Origin: a virus
Lineage: Duplodnaviria; Caudoviricetes
Length of the DNA stretch: 24,629 bases
Reading direction: 5' to 3' (one strand)
IMG/VR virus record: IMGVR_UViG_3300010381_000016
Coordinates: 1-24,629 of that record
Positions 1-5,297 of this stretch are shown here, one piece after another (the first letter of the stretch is position 1; each line of letters starts with the position of its first letter). Made by a program: the position numbers and the translations under genes. The notes beneath the pieces were generated by a model. The model did no database searches. It saw only the letters and a list, made by a program, of their open reading frames with translations, and was not told where the DNA came from.

Positions 1-513
1 CTAATCTGTATCATTTGGTGTGTCACCTTTAACTATAGTTTTATGGGAATCATCCAGAACCGTATAATCCGCATCAATGGCGGAATTGAGCTGCTTTTTG
101 CTGAGTAGATCAGCTATGCGGGAATGGACCTCTGAACGGGACAGATTGAAGTTGATATCACCGGAAACGTCTATTTGCTGCTTTTCGCTATATAAGCCAG
201 CCATTTCAAGGATTACTTTACCATGCTGGAATGAGCCGCGCAGAGCTTCGCGGACAAAAGTATTCAGGACAGGAGCGATAGCATTATCAACCAATTCCTT
301 GGACTTGGCTTTATATAAGGCTTTAAACTCTGGTTTATTGAATGCTGCATAGTATGTAGTTCTACCGATTGCAGCTATGGTACACAATTCTTTAATAGAC
401 TTCATCCTATAATCTGGATTCAGTAATACATCCATTAGCTTTTCTTCTGACTCAGTTAACTTATATTCTGTTCTATTTTGTTCTATTAACGATGTATTGC
501 TAATTTCTTCCAT
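1..513 (-). CDS. phBC6A51-like helix-turn-helix protein, probable terminase small subunit
   Basis: 170 aa; HTH (SIKELCTIAAIGRTTYY..FNKPEF) followed by helical region ending ILEMAGLYSEKQQIDVSG; located at the end of the early/middle region. Confidence 0.65.
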   Translation of the reverse strand: MEEISNTSLIEQNRTEYKLTESEEKLMDVLLNPDYRMKSIKELCTIAAIGRTTYYAAFNKPEFKALYKAKSKELVDNAIAPVLNTFVREALRGSFQHGKVILEMAGLYSEKQQIDVSGDINFNLSRSEVHSRIADLLSKKQLNSAIDADYTVLDDSHKTIVKGDTPNDTD

Positions 514-550
514 TTACATTCATCCTTCACTTAAAGTTATTCAACTACAT

Positions 551-679
551 TTAGTTTACTCTTTTGCCACATCTACTACAATATAACTTCTGCCATACAT
601 ATTCGTAGCCGAACATATCCTTTTCGTGCGCAGATACAGTCTTTTTACTGTGCCCAAATAATTTACATATCAATTTCAT
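551..679 (-). CDS. Small DUF1660-like phage protein (42 aa, not in ORF track)
   Basis: Manual translation MKLICKLFGHSKK...LYCSRCGKRVN; CKLFGH...CxRCG signature; ATGA overlap with upstream gene and GGAGGA SD. Confidence 0.7.
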   Translation of the reverse strand: MKLICKLFGHSKKTVSAHEKDMFGYEYVWQKLYCSRCGKRVN

Positions 680-1266
680 TTATCTTCCTCCGTCTTGCTA
701 TTATCTTCACCCAATATATCCGGTACTTCTTCATCATAGCAATTCCAATCTATTCCATATCGCTTCAATATGTCTGCAAAATCTTCCCGGTCGTGTTCCT
801 CCAGCTTCAAGCCCTTTTCGCCTATTCCCACATGCTTCAATTCATGCAGCATCAATATTTTCCGCTGATTCTCGCTTAATAGCTCAGTATTCGGCTCATA
901 GAACGTGATAATAAAGTCGTACGGCAGCCATGCCTGATATTTCAGTTTAACTTTGGTACAGTCTGCGTATTTTACCTTTGTTCCGGGTGGATTCTCCTGA
1001 CTCAGCACATAGCCAATCCGTATGCTATATTCCGGTATTATGCTCAACTCAGGAAACTTATTTATAATCTGATCAGCCAGCTTGTACATATCCTTATTTG
1101 GTTCTGCATCCCTTATACTTAATTCTTTTTGAAGCTTTTTTACCAACTGGTGCCGGTCCGTTGCCCTGGTCTGCCTATATATCTCCAGCAACTTATTTAT
1201 GGCTGGACAATTACTCTCGCATATATCAGATAATCCGCACTTATCGCACATGGCACAATCTCGCAT
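676..1266 (-). CDS. Putative phage metallopeptidase with N-terminal Cys cluster
   Basis: YDFIITFY...LMLHELKH...HDREDF motif (HExxH); AGGGAG SD. Confidence 0.8.
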   Translation of the reverse strand: MRDCAMCDKCGLSDICESNCPAINKLLEIYRQTRATDRHQLVKKLQKELSIRDAEPNKDMYKLADQIINKFPELSIIPEYSIRIGYVLSQENPPGTKVKYADCTKVKLKYQAWLPYDFIITFYEPNTELLSENQRKILMLHELKHVGIGEKGLKLEEHDREDFADILKRYGIDWNCYDEEVPDILGEDNSKTEEDK

Positions 1267-1322
1267 GTAATCAACTCCCTCTACCTCTATTGTACCTTAC
1301 ATACGGCACGGTCAAATCGTGC

Positions 1323-1351
1323 TTGCAATCCTGCCCAATCTGCAATATAAT
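1323..1351 (+). promoter_or_regulatory. Sigma-A promoter for the RHH gene
   Basis: TTGCAA(1323-1328)-17 bp-TATAAT(1346-1351). Confidence 0.8.
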
Positions 1352-1386
1352 ACTGTATATACAATGGATTTACAGGAGGATAATAT

Positions 1387-1605
1387 ATGGGTGACAATTA
1401 CAGGAGATCAGAGACAACACATACATCGTACCGGCTGCCACCGGCCACAAAATTCAAGCTTGAGCAGCTATCGGATTATTACGGTTCGACTCGTACCGAA
1501 ACGCTGAAACGCTTGATAAATGAGCATTACACGGCAAAGCAAGCCGAAATAAAAGAATTTTGCAATCTGCGGGATAATGAGAAAAAGGCAGATAAACGAA
1601 GCTAA
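1387..1605 (+). CDS. Ribbon-helix-helix (CopG-like) DNA-binding protein
   Basis: THTSYRLPPATKFKLEQLSDYYGSTRTETLKRLI fits strand-helix-Gx[ST]-helix pattern; AGGAGG SD. Confidence 0.7.
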   Translation: MGDNYRRSETTHTSYRLPPATKFKLEQLSDYYGSTRTETLKRLINEHYTAKQAEIKEFCNLRDNEKKADKRS

Positions 1606-1629
1606 CCGAATGATAATTTGAGCTAATCG

Positions 1630-1657
1630 CCGCTAATCGATTTTTAGCGGTTTTTTT
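1630..1657 (+). terminator. Intrinsic terminator
   Basis: CCGCTAA-7 nt loop-TTAGCGG followed by T7. Confidence 0.8.
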
Positions 1658-1662
1658 GCACC

Positions 1663-1691
1663 TTGAAGCGTGTTTCGTTTGGATGTATCAT
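1663..1691 (+). promoter_or_regulatory. Sigma-A-like promoter of the ribozyme-punctuated operon
   Basis: TTGAAG(1663-1668)-17 bp-TATCAT(1686-1691), directly after the terminator and upstream of an SD/ATG. Confidence 0.6.
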
Positions 1692-1734
1692 AAAACTATC
1701 GAAAGCGCAACACACATTGAAGGGAGATACAAAA

Positions 1735-1911
1735 ATGAATAAATCTCAAATGTCCAATCACATCAAGTCGACTTACAACGGTTTAATGCAGAAAATCTTA
1801 TTAGCTCAGCTTGATTACTTAAAAAGTGGCAAATCGTACAAATTTCACTTTGACGGTATAAGCTACAGATTAACGAACAATAAAGGAATATTTGAAATAA
1901 TCGAGGCGTAA
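1735..1911 (+). CDS. Hypothetical protein, 58 aa (cassette ORF1)
   Basis: AGGGAG SD then ATG at 1735; the track's TTG start at 1663 is the -35 box. Confidence 0.75.
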   Translation: MNKSQMSNHIKSTYNGLMQKILLAQLDYLKSGKSYKFHFDGISYRLTNNKGIFEIIEA

Positions 1912-1918
1912 TGCCTCA

Positions 1919-1969
1919 CCGTAATGCGGATATTCCGGTTCCAATCCCGGAGGCAGGCGCAGAGGACGG
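1919..1969 (+). ncRNA. Twister ribozyme, type P1
   Basis: P1 CCG/CGG; U^AA 1922-1924; P2 UGCG/CGCA; P4 UUCCGG/CCGGAG; 8-nt L4 UUCCAAUC; pseudoknots UCC(1940-42)/GGA(1964-66) and GA(1929-30)/UC(1945-46); conserved GA 1962-63. Confidence 0.88.
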
Positions 1970-1982
1970 AGAACCTTGACAA
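1970..1982 (+). promoter_or_regulatory. BoxA-like antitermination motif
   Basis: AGAACCTTGACAA, identical to the 13-mer at 22050-22062 (- strand); no -10 box follows the embedded TTGACA. Confidence 0.5.
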
Positions 1983-1987
1983 CCTAA

Positions 1988-2069
1988 CAGCAATCCCCGA
2001 TGAACCTGCATTGCAGGATATACGGCGAAGCGCATAGCGCAGAATAGCCGGAGCGATAAGGGAAAACTG
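1988..2069 (+). ncRNA. Unassigned multi-stem RNA element
   Basis: Nested pairings CAG/CUG and UCCC/GGGA enclosing CCUGC/GCAGG and CGGC-GCGC/GCGC-GCCG arms; no ORF with SD. Confidence 0.5.
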
Positions 2070-2106
2070 GTCTGCACGTAGCGAAAATATAAAGGAGTGT
2101 TGAACA

Positions 2107-2430
2107 ATGTCAAGACCAACGGAACAGGAATTAAAAGCATATGCTGAAATGAAGGCAGAAACCATAATAATTAGGACATGGGATGGAAAGGAGTACGAGA
2201 GCAACAGCAGTGATGACCGGCGGGACACTACACCGGAAGAAAAGAAAATCATTGAATCTGTTATTTTCGGAGGGCTTCTGGCGATCCGGTCAGGAGCGGA
2301 CAAACAAAGCGTAAAACACGCTTGTGAGTACATCGGAAATATTCTAATGGAGGATATCGTCCGCGAAGGGCGAATGAACGGCTATGACAGCATCTACAAC
2401 CCCATCGGCGATTATCCCGAAATGAAATAA
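2107..2430 (+). CDS. Hypothetical acidic protein, 107 aa (cassette ORF2)
   Basis: AAAGGAG SD, ATG start, no recognisable motif. Confidence 0.85.
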   Translation: MSRPTEQELKAYAEMKAETIIIRTWDGKEYESNSSDDRRDTTPEEKKIIESVIFGGLLAIRSGADKQSVKHACEYIGNILMEDIVREGRMNGYDSIYNPIGDYPEMK

Positions 2431-2506
2431 ACTCCACCGGAGGAGTATAAACCGCTTTAGGTCCGGTGCGGTGCAGGAAAGTAGGAGGGCTTCTCCTGCA
2501 TGTAGC
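2431..2506 (+). ncRNA. Pistol ribozyme
   Basis: P1 ACUCC/GGAGU; loop ACCGGA pairs with UCCGGU(2462-67); AUAAA linker; P2 GCU/AGC; UUAGG; conserved GCG 2468-70; P3 GUGCAGGA/UCCUGCAU; G^U at 2502/2503. Confidence 0.92.
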
Positions 2507-2527
2507 AAATTGAAAGGATGTGGATGT

Positions 2528-2728
2528 ATGTACAAATTTAAGTTCAAAGAAAAAAAGACTGGAATTATTTTAAGTCCAACCGATATTGCAAGACTCAATT
2601 TAGCAATTGACCCTATTACCGGACGGGCGGCGGCTTTTTTCGTAGATGATACTGGAAGTAGCGGTAAAGCTAGTAAGTGTCACGCAAACCGAATTACGAC
2701 CGACGATTACGAAATTATTATTGAATAG
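2528..2728 (+). CDS. Hypothetical protein, 66 aa (cassette ORF3)
   Basis: GAAAGGA SD before ATG 2528; the track's longer start lies inside the pistol. Confidence 0.75.
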   Translation: MYKFKFKEKKTGIILSPTDIARLNLAIDPITGRAAAFFVDDTGSSGKASKCHANRITTDDYEIIIE

Positions 2729-2781
2729 TCGAAACCGCCCACTTGCGGCGGTCTGCGTCAGATAGGCGCGCTGATGAGACT
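2727..2781 (+). ncRNA. Hammerhead ribozyme, type II
   Basis: AGUC-GAAA-CCGCC/GGCGG-UC^(2753)-UGCGUC/GGCGCG-CUGAUGA(2771-77)-GACU; complete catalytic core with open stem II. Confidence 0.95.
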
Positions 2782-2798
2782 TGAAAGGATGTGTATAT

Positions 2799-2951
2799 AT
2801 GGAACTAAGCGAAAAAGCATTAAAAATATGCCGTGAAAACTACAAAGCAAGCTGCCACAACTGCCCGATCAGACCGGAATGCGTAAGTCATATAAACAAG
2901 ATGGATGAATGGACAGACAGCATTAACAAAGCAGCGGAAAGGACGTGTTAA
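2799..2951 (+). CDS. Small Cys-rich hypothetical protein, 50 aa (cassette ORF4, not in ORF track)
   Basis: MELSEKALKICRENYKASCHNCPIRPECVSH...; GAAAGGA SD; C..CxxCPxxxxC possible metal site. Confidence 0.75.
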   Translation: MELSEKALKICRENYKASCHNCPIRPECVSHINKMDEWTDSINKAAERTC

Positions 2952-2957
2952 GAAATA

Positions 2958-3014
2958 GCAGATGGGTCCGGCTCCGGCCGGATTAATGCACAGCCTGAGT
3001 CCAAAGTCTCGGGC
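2958..3014 (+). ncRNA. Twister ribozyme, type P5 (circular permutation)
   Basis: GCA-GA-UGG; P1 GUCCGGC/GCCGGAU; U^AA 2984-86; P2 UGC/GCA (only 3 bp); P4 GCCUGAG/CUCGGGC; L4 UCCAAAGU; pseudoknots CCA/UGG and AC/GU. Confidence 0.78.
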
Positions 3015-3029
3015 AGAAGGGAGAATAAA

Positions 3030-3557
3030 ATGGCAACAGCATTAAAACTCACAAAGAAGCAGGAAGAAATGCTTTATTTACTCAGATTGGACGGTCTAAG
3101 ACGTGAAATTGAATGGCGCGAAGCCGAAGAAGCCTATAAAAAGGCACAGGCGATTGAAAAAGCCGTCAGCCAGTACGTAGTTGACAACAACGTATATTAC
3201 ATCAGCCAACTAGAACATGATATGCCGGAAACGAAGAACGGTGATCGGGTAACAGATGAATTTGATATGTGTCTGGTGGACGAGGAAATTTTCAAGAATG
3301 ATTTTCTGCCGAAAGTCAAAGCTGTATACATGGAGCTTTACGGTATCGACAACCCGCTAAACTTTGTTTACTCGCATCCGATGTTTGAGCGTAAATTGAA
3401 AGCTGAAAAAGCCTATCACATGATAGCAGTTGACTTTCTGAAAATATCCGGCCGGCCGGAAGCTGTACAGCTTGAAAAGGCCGTAAATAGCTACCTAAGT
3501 CCAAAGATTAAAGAACGGTTAGTAGCTATAACAAAAAGCTTTATAGATGGCAAATAG
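3030..3557 (+). CDS. Hypothetical protein, 175 aa (cassette ORF5)
   Basis: AAGGGAG SD, long ORF, no recognised motif. Confidence 0.88.
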   Translation: MATALKLTKKQEEMLYLLRLDGLRREIEWREAEEAYKKAQAIEKAVSQYVVDNNVYYISQLEHDMPETKNGDRVTDEFDMCLVDEEIFKNDFLPKVKAVYMELYGIDNPLNFVYSHPMFERKLKAEKAYHMIAVDFLKISGRPEAVQLEKAVNSYLSPKIKERLVAITKSFIDGK

Positions 3558-3567
3558 AACGTAGCAA

Positions 3568-3592
3568 GCCGAGTCGGGCGGCATATCCCGGC
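3568..3592 (+). ncRNA. Compact H-type pseudoknot upstream of SD
   Basis: GCCG(3568-71)/CGGC(3579-82) crossed by GUCGGG(3573-78)/CCCGGC(3587-92). Confidence 0.65.
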
Positions 3593-3608
3593 AGATTGGA
3601 GGAAAGTT

Positions 3609-3800
3609 ATGGTATACATCACCTATGGTAATTTTAAAAAAATTGACCTAGAAAAGCTAGAAACTGTCTGCGAAAAGTACGGTGCAAGGATTGAACACAA
3701 AACGAAACGGATTTTTTATGAGCCATCTAAGGTAAACGGCAAGGAATTTTACAGAGAGCTTGACGAGTGTGCAAGCGGAGGCGGCTTTTACGGTGATTGA
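3609..3800 (+). CDS. Hypothetical protein, 63 aa (cassette ORF6)
   Basis: GGAGG SD, ATG. Confidence 0.8.
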   Translation: MVYITYGNFKKIDLEKLETVCEKYGARIEHKTKRIFYEPSKVNGKEFYRELDECASGGGFYGD

Positions 3801-3807
3801 TTTATTT

Positions 3808-3835
3808 TACCGCCGCCCGTCCGGTATAGGCGGGC
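3808..3835 (+). ncRNA. Compact H-type pseudoknot upstream of SD
   Basis: ACCG(3809-12)/CGGU(3822-25) crossed by GCCCGUC(3815-21)/GGCGGGC(3829-35). Confidence 0.65.
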
Positions 3836-3850
3836 AGATTGGAGGATAAC

Positions 3851-4027
3851 ATGACCGATAAATTATACAAGTGTTGCAATACTTGCGCGCACAAAGACAA
3901 TAGCTTATATGGATGCAGTAAGGCATCGGAATGCTACAACGGATTTAGCGCATATAGTCCAAACACTGACATACAGGAACAAGAGGAAGCCGCTCTCCAT
4001 ATAGTGAGCAGAAAGGAACGCATATGA
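3851..4027 (+). CDS. Small Cys-rich hypothetical protein, 58 aa (cassette ORF7)
   Basis: GGAGG SD then ATG 3851; CCNTC...C...C. Confidence 0.75.
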   Translation: MTDKLYKCCNTCAHKDNSLYGCSKASECYNGFSAYSPNTDIQEQEEAALHIVSRKERI

Positions 4028-4119
4028 GCAGAAAATATCTTATCCGCCTTATCCGCATGTACTGTAACGCATCCCCTATCGGCAGGAGCAGGAACGCCGA
4101 GCACGTTTCGCCCGGATAA
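4024..4119 (+). CDS. Possible 31 aa peptide (cassette ORF8)
   Basis: GAAAGGA SD, ATGA overlap with ORF7; MSRKYLIRLIRMYCNASPIGRSRNAEHVSPG. Confidence 0.45.
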   Translation: MSRKYLIRLIRMYCNASPIGRSRNAEHVSPG

Positions 4120-4185
4120 TGGCGGCGAATAAAAGTATTATGACAAAATAATCAGGGTGGCGGCCTGCGCCGGAGGGAATGAAAG

Positions 4186-4353
4186 ATGCAAAACAATGTC
4201 ATGCTGTACAAGAAACAGATCATCAGTTTGATCGAACAAATTCAAGATTGCTTGAAATACGAAAAGACAATCCCAATACCTGGGAGTTATGCGGATGAAT
4301 TTTTAAAAGCCGCAAACGAGTACAACAAGGCAATAAGAGAGCAAACTAAATAA
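4186..4353 (+). CDS. Hypothetical helical protein, 55 aa (cassette ORF9, not in ORF track)
   Basis: GGAGGG SD; MQNNVMLYKKQIISLIEQIQDCLKYEK...AIREQTK. Confidence 0.7.
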   Translation: MQNNVMLYKKQIISLIEQIQDCLKYEKTIPIPGSYADEFLKAANEYNKAIREQTK

Positions 4354-4416
4354 GTCCCGAGGTTCTCGCCTGGTAAAATTCCAGGGCGGCAGAAATGCCG
4401 TAACGCTTATAGACTT
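4352..4416 (+). ncRNA. Twister-sister-like ribozyme (variant lacking P3)
   Basis: P1 AAGUC/GACUU; internal loop CCGAG opposite GCUU^AUA; P2 GUU/AAC; P4 CCUGG/CCAGG with 7-nt loop UAAAAUU; P5 GCGGC/GCCGU. Loop 4 deviates from the usual UGCAAGU. Confidence 0.58.
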
Positions 4417-4436
4417 TGGAAAAGGGGATTGATATT

Positions 4437-4706
4437 ATGTCTAAAAGTTATATTGAAAAATATGGAATGGATATGGTTAAAAAGCATTTGCGCAATCGGC
4501 ATAATGGCAGATATTTTAAGGTTCATGGCGATTATTGTAATATCGGAATTGTTATTTTTAATGAAAACCTTTTCAAGTCCGATATTGATTTATTTAACTT
4601 CCCAATCGTTAAAACAAACCAAAACGGCTGGAATTTGTCAAAGGCTCCGACACCAGAAGAGTTTGAGGTAATTTATAATTATTTAAAGCAGGAGGTCACA
4701 AAATGA
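4437..4706 (+). CDS. Hypothetical protein, 89 aa (cassette ORF10)
   Basis: AAGGGG SD before ATG 4437; ATGA overlap with resolvase. Confidence 0.8.
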   Translation: MSKSYIEKYGMDMVKKHLRNRHNGRYFKVHGDYCNIGIVIFNENLFKSDIDLFNFPIVKTNQNGWNLSKAPTPEEFEVIYNYLKQEVTK

Positions 4707-5281
4707 ATTATAGCTATGAACGTGTCTCCACATTGCATCAGGACGAGCGCAGGCAGGAAATCAGCCTGGAACACATCAAAATAGACAGACGGTACATTGA
4801 CAAACGAACCGGCAAAAACGCAGACAGGCCGCAGCTGAAGCAGCTTATTGCGGATGTAAAAGCGGGCGATCATGTGTACTGCGAGAGCATCAGCCGATTA
4901 GGCAGGAACGTCGACGATCTGCGCCGATTGACGGAGCAATTTGTCTCAATGGGTGTCACTGTCCATTTTGTGAAGGAAGGCATCGACACATCCGGCAGCA
5001 CGTACAAATTTCTACTTACCATCCTGGGCGCGGTTGCTGAAATGGAGCGAGAAGTCACTGTTGACCGTGTCAGGGAAGGTGTAGAAAAAGCTATGCGATT
5101 CGGCACAAAGACAGGCAGACCGTTTGGCAGACCTGAACCGGAATTGCCAGATACATTCCCGAAATACTACGCCAAAATGCGGGCTGGAGAGATTACAAAA
5201 GTTGAAATGTCACGCTTGCTCAAAGTCGGGCGCAGTACGGTTTATCGGTGGATAAATCTGCATGAGAAAAGCCGGAGATAA
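4703..5281 (+). CDS. Small serine recombinase (resolvase/invertase family)
   Basis: YERVSTLHQ catalytic motif, RPQL, ISRLGRN, GRP hinge and C-terminal HTH (VGRSTVYRW). Confidence 0.95.
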   Translation: MNYSYERVSTLHQDERRQEISLEHIKIDRRYIDKRTGKNADRPQLKQLIADVKAGDHVYCESISRLGRNVDDLRRLTEQFVSMGVTVHFVKEGIDTSGSTYKFLLTILGAVAEMEREVTVDRVREGVEKAMRFGTKTGRPFGRPEPELPDTFPKYYAKMRAGEITKVEMSRLLKVGRSTVYRWINLHEKSRR

Positions 5282-5297
5282 TCCGGCTTATTTTTTT
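5267..5297 (+). terminator. Intrinsic, probably bidirectional terminator closing the cassette
   Basis: AAGCCGG(5269-75)/CCGGCTT(5283-89) followed by T7, between convergent genes. Confidence 0.8.

Noticed and set aside
1270-1320. Terminal inverted repeat or res site for the cassette
   Set aside because: No matching repeat found near 5281-5300 by eye
1976-1981. TTGACA as a -35 box
   Set aside because: No -10 hexamer at 16-18 bp spacing
1988-2086. HDV-like or hammerhead assignment for the unassigned element
   Set aside because: UCCCCG, GCGAA and CGAUGA fragments are present, but the required helices and GAAA core could not be assembled
1863-2333. 156-aa - strand ORF (and 1916-2140, 2344-2598)
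   Set aside because: Shadow frames of cassette ORF2 and the ribozymes; no SD
3558-3567. Third pistol substrate site (CGUAGCAA)
   Set aside because: Only the GU-AGC part matches and no P3 pairing is possible; at most a remnant
1900-4420. CRISPR array or integron attC array
   Set aside because: Intergenic elements do not share a repeat sequence, lack attC R/L boxes, and there is no cas gene or tyrosine integron integrase; they fold as distinct ribozymes
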